Shown here piece by piece: positions 10,525 to 19,578 of a stretch of DNA of 64,000 bases. The position numbers and the translations under genes are program-made. Position 1 is the first letter of the stretch. Each line of letters opens with the position of its first letter. Below the pieces are notes generated by a model. The model ran no database searches. It was not told where the DNA came from and saw only the letters and a program-made list of their open reading frames with translations. This DNA comes from Candidatus Woesebacteria bacterium GW2011_GWA1_38_8 (lineage in GTDB: Bacteria; Patescibacteriota; Microgenomatia; UBA8517): assembly GCA_000993025.1 (NCBI GenBank), contig LBVJ01000001.1, positions 29,699-93,698 on the forward strand, read 5' to 3'.

Positions 10525-10782
10525 ATGTCAAAAAAGAAGCAAGGTGGTAAATTAGTACAGCAAAAAAGAAAACTGCCTAAATATTTGGGTATTAAGGTTC
10601 ACGATGGAGAAAAAGTATTGGCTGGAAGCATCATCGTTCGTCAGCGCGGTACGAGATTTATGCCGGGATCTGGAGTAAGGGTAGGTAAAGATCACACATT
10701 ATATTCTACATTAAAAGGTACCGTGAAATTTAAAACAAAGCTTGGTCGAAAAACAGTGTGTGTAGAAAGTGATAAGAAATAA
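10525..10782 (+). CDS. rpmA: 50S ribosomal protein L27
   Basis: LGIKV, GSIIVRQRGT and GKDHTLY motifs. Confidence 0.96.
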   Translation: MSKKKQGGKLVQQKRKLPKYLGIKVHDGEKVLAGSIIVRQRGTRFMPGSGVRVGKDHTLYSTLKGTVKFKTKLGRKTVCVESDKK

Positions 10783-10794
10783 GAAGTAAACAAC

Positions 10795-10831
10795 AATCAG
10801 CAGACAAAAATATTTTTACTTTCTGCTGATT
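10795..10831 (+). terminator. Stem-loop after rpmA (possible terminator)
   Basis: AATCAGCAGA...TCTGCTGATT, a perfect 10-bp inverted repeat; no strong U tract. Confidence 0.4.
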
Positions 10832-10844
10832 CATATAACAAATT

Positions 10845-11702
10845 ATGGCAGAAGAAGTTATACAAATTCCGATAGATCAGCTTCAACCTAATCCTCTGCA
10901 ACCCAGAGGGTCAATTACGCCCGAAACACTTGTCGATCTTGTTGATTCAATTAAAGAACACGGAATACTTGAACCTTTAGTTGTTGCCAAGACACCTGCC
11001 GGTTATCAAATTATTGCCGGTGAAAGGCGTTGGAGAGCTGCAAGGTTGGCAGGTTTAACTCATGTTCCGGCATTGATCAGAGAAACTTCTCCAAAAGGAA
11101 TGCTGGAAATGGCGCTTGTAGAGAATGTTCAAAGAATAGATTTGAATGCGCTAGACAGAGCAAAAGGTTTTGAGAGGCTCATGACAGAATTTTCACTGTC
11201 TTCTTCCGAAATTTCAGTAAGAATAGGTAAATCAGTTGCTTATGTATCCAATTCGATAAGACTTTTGACGCTCCCCGACGCTCTTAAGGATGGCCTTCTC
11301 TCCGGGCTTATTACGGAAGGACATGCCAGAGCATTAGCGGCGATTGATGACCCTGACCTCATGGTAGAGGCATACAAGATCATTCTCAAAGAGTCCGGGT
11401 CAGTTAGACGGGCTGAGGAGCTTGCCAGAAGGATGAAAGCAAAAGCAAATCAGGATATGGACAGGTCAAGTGCAACAAAAGTAATTATGAGGATAGTCTC
11501 CGATGATATAGATAAAATGCAGGAAGATATGACAAATATATTCGCCAACTTCCAGAATGATGATAATAAAAAGAAAAAAACTTCCGTCGTAAAACTGATC
11601 CGTTCTCAAAGGGAAACTCGGATACAATTTATATTCAAAGGCAATTTGGAAGAGACTGAGGAAAGACTTCAAAAATTGTATAAAGCAGTTGCAGGTTCTT
11701 GA
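10845..11702 (+). CDS. parB: ParB/Spo0J partition protein
   Basis: NPLQPR, IAGERRWRA, ENVQR, HTH region and GHARAL. Confidence 0.93.
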   Translation: MAEEVIQIPIDQLQPNPLQPRGSITPETLVDLVDSIKEHGILEPLVVAKTPAGYQIIAGERRWRAARLAGLTHVPALIRETSPKGMLEMALVENVQRIDLNALDRAKGFERLMTEFSLSSSEISVRIGKSVAYVSNSIRLLTLPDALKDGLLSGLITEGHARALAAIDDPDLMVEAYKIILKESGSVRRAEELARRMKAKANQDMDRSSATKVIMRIVSDDIDKMQEDMTNIFANFQNDDNKKKKTSVVKLIRSQRETRIQFIFKGNLEETEERLQKLYKAVAGS

Positions 11703-11737
11703 AGAGATTATTCCCCTGCTTTAATAAAACCCAAATC

Positions 11738-12259
11738 TTACGGCGGCCAGTAAATTAGCCATGCTTTTCCGGTTATCTTATCTTTGGTTATAAAACCCCA
11801 ATATCTTGAATCGGAAGAATATTCACGATTATCTCCGGATACAAAATAAGATCCCTGAGGGACGATCTTTTCTGAATTGTTTGGTAAGAAAGATTTCCCT
11901 TTTGTATAAATGTTTGCGGGGATATAATCTTCTGACAAATTAACTCCATTAATAAAAAAATGCCCATCCTTGATTGAAATAGCATCCCCGGGAAGTCCGA
12001 TTATTCTTTTAATATATTCCTCTTCCTCATTGACTGGCGGTTCGAAAACCACAACATCACCCCTCTGTGGTTCCCGGAAGCGGTAAGATAGTTTATCAGT
12101 CAGCAGATATTGTCCGTCGTGGAAGTTGGGTTCCATGGAATTCCCGTTTATTTTATGGGGTTGAAGCACTAAAAGGTAGAAAAATAGAAATATTGCAAAG
12201 GATGTAACAAACACCTCTAAAATATCTAAAAAAAAATCGCCTAAACGCTGAAAAACCAT
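11738..12259 (-). CDS. lepB: Signal peptidase I
   Basis: SMEPN, YIKRIIGLPGD and GDNREYSSDSRYWG. Confidence 0.95.
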   Translation of the reverse strand: MVFQRLGDFFLDILEVFVTSFAIFLFFYLLVLQPHKINGNSMEPNFHDGQYLLTDKLSYRFREPQRGDVVVFEPPVNEEEEYIKRIIGLPGDAISIKDGHFFINGVNLSEDYIPANIYTKGKSFLPNNSEKIVPQGSYFVSGDNREYSSDSRYWGFITKDKITGKAWLIYWPP

Positions 12260-12444
12260 ACAGATAATTATAGTAATACATTAAACATTTAACAATAAAC
12301 AGAAGTATTTAGGAAGCGATGTGTTGATAGTTTGGTAATAAATTTACATATACACTTTTTAAGTGGTCACCGTATATAAAACAAAAATATAGGATGGGAA
12401 TTACTATTTGACTATATACTTGATTTATCCAATAATTACTAATT

Positions 12445-13944
12445 GTGAAGACGTTATTAACAACCTTAAAAAATAAGGTCTCCTATTATAGCGGTGATTC
12501 GGCTTTAGCATTTTCGGATGTATATTTAGAACCTTCGTATTCGGATATAGTCTCGCGTTTCGGGAGTCAGATAGACACTTCAACTAAAGTTGCAAACAAT
12601 GCTCCGAAAATTAACATCCCCTTTATATCCGCGGGTATGGATACGGTAACAGAGAACGATATGGCATCAATTTTTGCTTTGAATGGAGGTATGGGAGAGA
12701 TACATAGAAATAATTCTCCGGACAAGCAGTCGGACATGATAAGAATAGTGAAAGAAAAGATGAGATTGATCGAAAAGAACCCACCGATCGTTTCCGAAAA
12801 TGCAACTATTAGTGATGCTCTATCTCTTCTTAAGATACATATGAGAGGTTATGTAATTGTGTATCGGGGAAATGATTACGATGGAAGATTCTGTGGAATT
12901 GCCACAAGCAGAGATTTTTTATCCGGAGACCCTGACACTCCTATTAAAAAAGTGATGACACCATATGAATCAAATGAAAATGAAAAACTGATCACAGCAT
13001 CAGTTGGTACAACTTTAGAAGATGCAGTTAAGATCATGAGAGAAAATAAGATAGAAAAACTGCCTATTGTTGAAAAAGATGGAATTCTCTTTGGTGTTTA
13101 CACATTAAAAGACTATGAGCATATCAAAAAATACCCGAAAGCAGCATTGGATTCTCAGGGAAGATTGGTGGTCGGAGCGGCTATTGGTGTACATAGTATA
13201 GATATTGAGCGCGCCCATAAAGTTGTAGACGCCGGGGCTGATATTTTGTTTTTGGATATAGCACATGGACACTCAATTTATTCATCAGAAATGATAAAGA
13301 AACTTAAAATTAATGAAAAGATCAAGACACCTATCGTAGTTGGGAATGTTGCTACAAAAGAAGGAGTTCTGTTTGCTTATGATATTGGTGCAGACGGTAT
13401 AAAAATTGGAATTGGTCCGGGATTTGTGTGTAAAACCAGAAATGTTACAGGTACTGGTATACCACAAATTACTGCTATACTTGAAGCGAAAGAAGTTTTA
13501 AGGGGAAGATCAAAAGCTCCGCCGATTATTGCAGACGGAGGAGTGCGTGAACCCGGAGATCCCCCTAAAGCAATTGCAGCAGGAGCAGATTGTGTGATGT
13601 GGGGAAGTCTATGGGCGGGAACGGATATGAGTCCGGGGACAATTGTAAGGACAAATGGTTTTTTGCAAAAACGTATTCGTGGAATGGCATCAAAAGCTGT
13701 TTTTGAAGACAGAAAAAAAATGGGGGATTCCACAACAGATTCAGATCTTTATGCACCGGAGGGGCGCGAGGTATTTACATCTTTTCAGGGTTCAACTAGT
13801 GCATTACTAAAGGAATATATAGGAGCTCTACGTTCTGCAATGAGCTATACCGGTTCACACAACATATTTGAACTTCAGAAAGCCAAACTGATCCACGTAA
13901 GTATGAATGGAGCAAACGAACAAGGAAGAAACCTCAATGCCTAA
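12445..13944 (+). CDS. guaB: IMP dehydrogenase / GMP reductase family protein with CBS pair
   Basis: SAGMDTVTE, DIAHGHS, GNVAT, GIGPGFVCKTR, IADGG and PEG; CBS insert; several active-site deviations, so specificity is uncertain. Confidence 0.7.
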   Translation: MKTLLTTLKNKVSYYSGDSALAFSDVYLEPSYSDIVSRFGSQIDTSTKVANNAPKINIPFISAGMDTVTENDMASIFALNGGMGEIHRNNSPDKQSDMIRIVKEKMRLIEKNPPIVSENATISDALSLLKIHMRGYVIVYRGNDYDGRFCGIATSRDFLSGDPDTPIKKVMTPYESNENEKLITASVGTTLEDAVKIMRENKIEKLPIVEKDGILFGVYTLKDYEHIKKYPKAALDSQGRLVVGAAIGVHSIDIERAHKVVDAGADILFLDIAHGHSIYSSEMIKKLKINEKIKTPIVVGNVATKEGVLFAYDIGADGIKIGIGPGFVCKTRNVTGTGIPQITAILEAKEVLRGRSKAPPIIADGGVREPGDPPKAIAAGADCVMWGSLWAGTDMSPGTIVRTNGFLQKRIRGMASKAVFEDRKKMGDSTTDSDLYAPEGREVFTSFQGSTSALLKEYIGALRSAMSYTGSHNIFELQKAKLIHVSMNGANEQGRNLNA

Positions 13945-13990
13945 TATTTTCCCCGGCATATTTTTTGAATAATGATAAAATATAAGTTAC

Positions 13991-14228
13991 GGACCCGTAG
14001 CTCAGCGGTATAGCGTTCGCTTTACATGCGTATACAGAAACGATGCTCGCTTAGCTCAGTTGGTTAGAGCGTACGATTCACATTCGTGAGGTCCCTGGTT
14101 CGAATCCAGGAGCGAGCACAAACCTTGTAATAATTAAACGTTTTCGTTTCAAATAACCACCCTTATTTAAACGAGAAGGTCGTTGGAAGTGGCACCAAGT
14201 TTCACTTGGACGAGACCAACCGGGTCCA
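13991..14228 (+). pseudogene. Interrupted tRNA-Val(TAC): 5' part 13991-14030 and 3' part 14175-14228; pseudogene or processed precursor
   Basis: Acceptor GGACCCG/CGGGTCC-A, D arm GCTCAGCGGTATAGC, TTCGC-TTTACAT-GCG anticodon arm, AGGTC variable loop and T stem GTTGG/CCAAC; two insertions. Confidence 0.8.
14045..14118 (+). tRNA. tRNA-Val(CAC)
   Basis: Full cloverleaf: GCTCGCT/AGCGAGC, GCTC/GAGC, TACGA-TTCACAT-TCGTG and CCTGG-TTCGAAT-CCAGG. Confidence 0.95.
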
Positions 14229-14381
14229 CAAATTATGGCTGGTGGGGCGTTCGCTTCATATCCGATACCCCCTAAGTCCACAGAATAGATTTTGCAACCA
14301 TAAAATATTTACAGTGTTATATTTTTAAGAAATACTATTGTGCTGATGCGTATTTATGATGTATAACTATATTAATTAATT

Positions 14382-15068
14382 ATGGACACGGACAGCTTAA
14401 GGTGGGATGAGATCCACAAAAAAATACCTCCGGATTTGGAGAGACATTCCCAATACGCAGAAAAAAGAGAAGTGTTATTTCCAAGAGAATCAAAGATATG
14501 TGATATGGCAGGCGGACTTGGGTATGACGCAATGTATTTTATAGGTAAAGGACACAACGTAATAATCCTTGATATTTCCGATTATGCCTTGAAAGGGGCT
14601 GTAAATTCAGCCAAAGCAAGTAAAATATCAAAAAAACTTGCCGTTAAGAAATGCGACTTCGGAACGGGAAAAATTCCTCTTAAGGATGGTTCAGTCGATG
14701 TTGTATTTTCTAGAATCGGATTTAACTATTTTCCATATAAAGAGACAAGGCTTCTATTAGCTGAGGCTTATAGGATTTTAAAGACTGACGGAAAAGCATT
14801 TATTGCTTTCAAATCTCCTGAGGATGTTGAAGATTACAAATTTTTAAAAACTAATGCGGTCGAACTTGAAAGGAATGTATTTGTGGAGGGAGAGCAGATA
14901 AGAAGCCGTTTCACAAAAGAGCAGCTTCAACAAATGATGGAGGAGATCGGTATTGTCGACTATTCCGTTGAGCAATTTTTGGAAGAAAGAGATACGATCA
15001 GGGATGAATTTATGAAAGCTAACAAGAATATACTGTACTTAAATGAAGTCCGCTTCAAAAAGATCTAA
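14382..15068 (+). CDS. Class I SAM-dependent methyltransferase
   Basis: CDMAGGLGYD motif I, LDIS, SVDVVFS and RILKTDG. Confidence 0.85.
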   Translation: MDTDSLRWDEIHKKIPPDLERHSQYAEKREVLFPRESKICDMAGGLGYDAMYFIGKGHNVIILDISDYALKGAVNSAKASKISKKLAVKKCDFGTGKIPLKDGSVDVVFSRIGFNYFPYKETRLLLAEAYRILKTDGKAFIAFKSPEDVEDYKFLKTNAVELERNVFVEGEQIRSRFTKEQLQQMMEEIGIVDYSVEQFLEERDTIRDEFMKANKNILYLNEVRFKKI

Positions 15069-15174
15069 CGCTTCTGTCTATTTAAATTATTGGGTACATT
15101 TTTTTCCAAATAGGTGCTGAAACACTAAGAGGTCAATATTCGGAAAAGTTCTTCAGGTAATATCAGATTAATAT

Positions 15175-16665
15175 TTACAATTCCAGAAAGAATTGTCCGA
15201 ACTCGGTTTGAGGTTTTGATATTCCGATATCTCTCATCCAGAGATAGGGAGAATCTGTGCTGCAACCACCTTCATTGCTGGGCAGTGCCCATCTATCGAT
15301 TGTGCTGTCGTTGCTCCAACCAGATGGGTCTTGAAAAGAAAGAATATTTCCATCGGAGGTTTTATATGTACAATAATGTTTTGGAGGATCGTCGTTTTTA
15401 ACAGATTGATTGGGTTCGGATTGGACGAGCAGTTCATCCCAGTCAAGAGTTGTTAAGGAGTTGAAGTCGGTATTTGGAGTTTTATCGATAAGCGTACCAA
15501 GATGCAAATGAACACCGCATTTTGGACCGCATCCGGTATTACCCATTTTACCGATAATGTCGGTGTATTTAACATTATCACCGGCTTTTGTGTAGATTTC
15601 AGAAAGATGGGCATAAAGAGTGTAAAGATTGTTTGCGGAGTGTTTGATGATCACAACACATCCGTAACTGTTCTTTGATATCATACATTTACCACTCTTG
15701 CTTGTGTCTGAAACATAAACAACTTCTCCGTCAGCCACGGGAAGTACATCATAATCACCTTGTATTTTATTTGCTGAAAAGTCGGTGCCGTTATGGGAAT
15801 CGTAGCAGGTAATTCCATAGACTCCGTTCGGGCAATCCTTCTTAATATATGTTTCGGTAGTAAAAGGTTGGAATCTGTTCCCCAATTTGTTGTGGTCAAA
15901 CGAAGCTGTCATTCTTTTCCAAAAGTTGTAGGCGAATTCTTCATGCGTCGGATTCTCCCGATTAGTGTATGGGAAGGGGAGATTGAATTTATTTGATTTA
16001 TATCTTCCTCTAACAATAAGATTGTCGTAAGATACGGAATTTTGATACCAGTTTCCATAAGAATCTTTTGATCCTGAAGTGTGAAGAAACATTCCAAATC
16101 CACCATTAGTAATGGGAGTGGGGTCAACGCACTCTAGTACTTTATTATTGTTAATGTAAAAAATAATATTGTTTTCTACTATCTCAACTTTTATCAAACT
16201 CGACTTCCCCAATTCAGTATTGTAGGTGTCAACAAGTCTGCATATTTCGTCTTCAACCCCTAATAATTCCACCTTTTTCATATAAAAACTCTCATACCAC
16301 TTGAATACATAACCTTGTCAACTGGGTTGTGAATAGTCATATCTAAATAAAAGAAATCTATCTGGTCCAGAAATTCCCAGAACTTCTACTTCTATCGAAT
16401 CAATAATCCAATTATTGTTGATGTAATAACTAAGAGAATTATAGGAGTGGAAAGGGTCTGCAGGCACTGTTATATTGTAACTTCCACTTAAAACAGAAAA
16501 AGCGGGAGGGTTCAGTACCTCTAACCAACCTAAAGGTTTTCCATTTTCACCAATGTTGTCAAAACTATCTTGAAATAACACGTCGGTTGATGAATAAACC
16601 ATTTTTGGTAAAGACAAAGAAAGAAATATAAGGAAAGCCGTTAAATGTAATGATATTTTCATCAA
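15175..16665 (-). pseudogene. Secreted M23 metallopeptidase with N-terminal beta-rich domain, split by one in-frame TGA (16318-16320)
   Basis: ORFs 16318-16665 (signal peptide) and 15175-16281 (HNGTDF, LYAHL, HLHL) are in the same frame, joined by TGA plus 12 sense codons (QGYVFKWYESFY). Confidence 0.75.
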
Positions 16666-16729
16666 GGTATTAATGACTGCATCAACTTAATCATTTATAA
16701 TGTAAACATGTCAAGAATCGAAATGTATT

Positions 16730-17761
16730 ATGAAATCAAATAAAAAGATATTATTTCTGGCCAGACTTTTTATTCCGCACATCGGTGGTGTAGAGAAGCA
16801 GGTTTTTGAATTGAGCAAGCGACTTGTAAAGCGAGGATATAAAGTTAAGGTAATTACTGAAAAATATGACAGTTCTCTAAAAAATAAGGAAATAGTTGAT
16901 GGTGTTGAGATTGTCAGGTTTAATAAGCTCCCCGTAAAGTACTTCGGTTTATTATCAATATGGATATGGTTTTTATTCCACCTGAAATATTTGAGGAATG
17001 CAGATCTTGTACACGCTCATAGCGTTTATGTTTGGTATTGGCCTTTTAAATTTTTATTTCCAAGAAAGCCAAATTTTGTAACATTTCATGGTTGGGAAGG
17101 GATTTACCCAATTCCTTTTAAAAATAAAATAATTCGCAAGATTGACACCTTGCTTTCGAATAAGAACATTACTATCTCAGACTACGTTGAAAAACACTAC
17201 GGTATAAAAGCGGATGTTTTAATGTATACATCAGTGAATGTTAACACAAACACTGCTAATGGCTTGGTTAAAAGTAAAAACAGTTTACTGTATGTCGGGA
17301 GATTGGATGAAGACACGGGTTTGAGGAAAATCTTAAAATGCCTGTCGTTTTTAAAGAAAACAAAGATTCATGTCGAATTTTGTGGAGACGGTCCTTTAAA
17401 AAAAGATTGTATGAAATATGGGAAGGTGCGTGGTTTTGTAGATCCAACCGAATATTATAAAAAGTCGTTTATTTGTTTGTCTCCGGGTCATACCTCCATT
17501 CTTGAAGCATTTACCTACAAATGTTTGATTGTTACAACATATAACAATCCCGTAAAAAAAGACTATCTTTTAATGACACCGTTTAGGAGGTGGATTGTTG
17601 TTAGAAATTCACCCAAGAAATTGGCGGAGGAGATAAAGTATTTTTTGAAACACCCCGGAAAGGCAAAGGCGTTGACCGTTCCGGCATATGAGTGGGTGAA
17701 GACACAGAATTGGGACGAGGGGGTGAAAACATACATCAAACTTTGGGAAATAGAGAAATAG
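16730..17761 (+). CDS. GT4-family glycosyltransferase
   Basis: PHIGGVE, VHAH, LYVGRL and SILEA. Confidence 0.85.
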   Translation: MKSNKKILFLARLFIPHIGGVEKQVFELSKRLVKRGYKVKVITEKYDSSLKNKEIVDGVEIVRFNKLPVKYFGLLSIWIWFLFHLKYLRNADLVHAHSVYVWYWPFKFLFPRKPNFVTFHGWEGIYPIPFKNKIIRKIDTLLSNKNITISDYVEKHYGIKADVLMYTSVNVNTNTANGLVKSKNSLLYVGRLDEDTGLRKILKCLSFLKKTKIHVEFCGDGPLKKDCMKYGKVRGFVDPTEYYKKSFICLSPGHTSILEAFTYKCLIVTTYNNPVKKDYLLMTPFRRWIVVRNSPKKLAEEIKYFLKHPGKAKALTVPAYEWVKTQNWDEGVKTYIKLWEIEK

Positions 17762-17860
17762 TTACTTTGAAGGTTGTCATCACGCGAGGCAATAAAAAAC
17801 AGATTTTGAACCGGTCACAGTAATGTTAAGATAGCCGGATAAGCAATAAATGTAAGTGTC

Positions 17861-17889
17861 TTGCCTCAGCGTAAACAGTTTTATATACT
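17861..17889 (+). promoter_or_regulatory. Sigma70-type promoter, leaderless spacing
   Basis: TTGCCT-17 nt-TATACT, ending 6 nt before ATG 17896. Confidence 0.6.
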
Positions 17890-17895
17890 TAAGTA

Positions 17896-18291
17896 ATGGA
17901 AGAGTTACGAAAAAAGGTAAATAAGACTTCAAGGATTGTCGATAACCTTATAAAAGTAGTTACTGTTATATCCTTTTTATTATTTTTGGTTTCATTTTAT
18001 ATATATAAATACAAAGCAGGCGAAATATTTAAAGATCAGGTGGTTCTTTGTGATGTTGTTTTAAGTCAGGGTTTAACGAAGCAAAATCCTTTGGAAAATC
18101 CTATACAATCAGCACTTTTGGGTGCAAAAAATAATTGTTTTAATAATGCTGGAAGAACAGCAGAAATGTGGGGAAAACTTGCTTTTATGGCTTTTGACAT
18201 TAGTTTTCTTTTACCTTTTGTTTACTTCGGAAGTAAGAAAGTAGTAAAGGATACGCACAGAAATATTGTAAAAGTACATGTATTTATTTGA
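17896..18291 (+). CDS. Hypothetical 2-TM protein
   Basis: Two hydrophobic helices flanking a loop with two Cys; has its own promoter. Confidence 0.65.
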   Translation: MEELRKKVNKTSRIVDNLIKVVTVISFLLFLVSFYIYKYKAGEIFKDQVVLCDVVLSQGLTKQNPLENPIQSALLGAKNNCFNNAGRTAEMWGKLAFMAFDISFLLPFVYFGSKKVVKDTHRNIVKVHVFI

Positions 18292-18330
18292 TATTGAATT
18301 AAGCCTAGCTACATTATAATATGAAAGCTA

Positions 18331-19317
18331 ATGTCCACACTTTCTTACATATTTAGCCACTATCTGCTGCCAGGTTATTCAAATAATCAAAAGGCAAAAT
18401 TACTGCATAATTCAACATTATTGTCTTTAATACTGTTTTTAGCTTTAGGAAGACTGATATTTCAAAATCTTCCCGGGTTGGGGATCGGAGTTCTGGGTTT
18501 TGCGTCACAACTTCCTGTAGAAGAGATAGTAAGATTGACCAATGAAAAGAGATCTCAAGTTGGTATGGGAAATCTTGTATATAACCCGACGCTTTCACAA
18601 GCGGCAAAAGCGAAGGGTGAAGATATGCTGGCAAAGGACTACTGGGCGCATGTTGCCCCTGATGGAACTCAACCGTGGAAATTTTTTACCGATGTTGGAT
18701 ATAAATACAAATATGCAGGAGAGAACTTGGCAAAGGACTTTTCTTCGCCATCATCAGCAATAGAAGCTTGGATGGCTTCATCTTCACATAAAGAGAATAT
18801 GCTGTCATCCAAATATGACGAGATCGGCATCGCTGTAGTAGAAGGAGATATGAATGGTGTGGATACAACCATTATTGTACAGCTTTTCGGAAAGAGATAT
18901 GAATCAAATATTGCAGCGGTAACATCCGAAATATCGGCAAAAACTGAAGTCGTGAAGAAAATAGAAGTAGAAATAACTCCAATTCCTTCTCCAACATTTA
19001 TTCCTCTTCCAACCGTTTCGGAAATAGTAAATAACAGAAATGACATAGAAGAAATAGGTGAATATACGTATAAGGAACCAACATACTTTCAAGTCTTAAT
19101 ATCACCCTTTTCCGTCAAAAAAGGGTTTTCTACAATTCTAACCCTGATCCTAATCATTGCTTTTATAATCGATGGTGCATTTCTGGTTAAAGGGAAAGCA
19201 TTGAGGGTCGGAGGCAGGACCTTTGCCCATATAATATTTTTGTGCTTAATATTTACTTTAATTATTTTATTTCAGTCGGGGGAACTAATGCCTCCCATAA
19301 CAGATTCGACAAAATAA
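18331..19317 (+). CDS. CAP/SCP domain membrane protein
   Basis: LTNEKR, YWAH, AGENLA, WMASSSHKENML and EIGIAV; N- and C-terminal TM helices. Confidence 0.9.
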   Translation: MSTLSYIFSHYLLPGYSNNQKAKLLHNSTLLSLILFLALGRLIFQNLPGLGIGVLGFASQLPVEEIVRLTNEKRSQVGMGNLVYNPTLSQAAKAKGEDMLAKDYWAHVAPDGTQPWKFFTDVGYKYKYAGENLAKDFSSPSSAIEAWMASSSHKENMLSSKYDEIGIAVVEGDMNGVDTTIIVQLFGKRYESNIAAVTSEISAKTEVVKKIEVEITPIPSPTFIPLPTVSEIVNNRNDIEEIGEYTYKEPTYFQVLISPFSVKKGFSTILTLILIIAFIIDGAFLVKGKALRVGGRTFAHIIFLCLIFTLIILFQSGELMPPITDSTK

Positions 19318-19320
19318 TAT

Positions 19321-19572
19321 ATGAAGGACAAATATCGGATCACGCACTATTTACCCTTGATTTCTGTGTTGCTTGCTACATTATTGGGTTTGTTTTTATT
19401 TCCCTACGACAAATCTATGCGAGTCTCGCTCACTGTGGCCATGGGAATCTCTTATGTAACTTGGGGAATTGTTCACCACTATATTCACAGAGATCTGAAT
19501 ATGGAAGTGGCGCTGGAATATTTGTTGATCGCAATATTTGGTGTATCCGCCGCGATCTTTGTTTTGATGTAA
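19321..19572 (+). CDS. Small 3-TM hypothetical protein
   Basis: YVTWGIVHH...LEY pattern; starts 3 nt after the CAP gene stop. Confidence 0.7.
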   Translation: MKDKYRITHYLPLISVLLATLLGLFLFPYDKSMRVSLTVAMGISYVTWGIVHHYIHRDLNMEVALEYLLIAIFGVSAAIFVLM

Positions 19573-19578
19573 GAGTGT

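Noticed and set aside
14031-14174. Group I/II intron in tRNA-Val(TAC)
   Set aside because: After removing the inner tRNA only ~70 nt remain, with no recognisable catalytic core, and the position is not the usual anticodon-loop site.
14078-14281. 67-aa minus-strand ORF (likewise 45356-45553, 45432-45617 and 47830-48027)
   Set aside because: These are antisense translations of tRNA genes (GFEPGTS, GVEPLS, GLEPATS patterns).
16318-16320. Genome-wide UGA recoding (code 25) or selenocysteine
   Set aside because: ileS, parB, rmlA, rmlB, polX and dnaE end at TGA at their expected C-termini, and long genes have no internal TGA. The context is not a redox motif and I see no SECIS-like hairpin.
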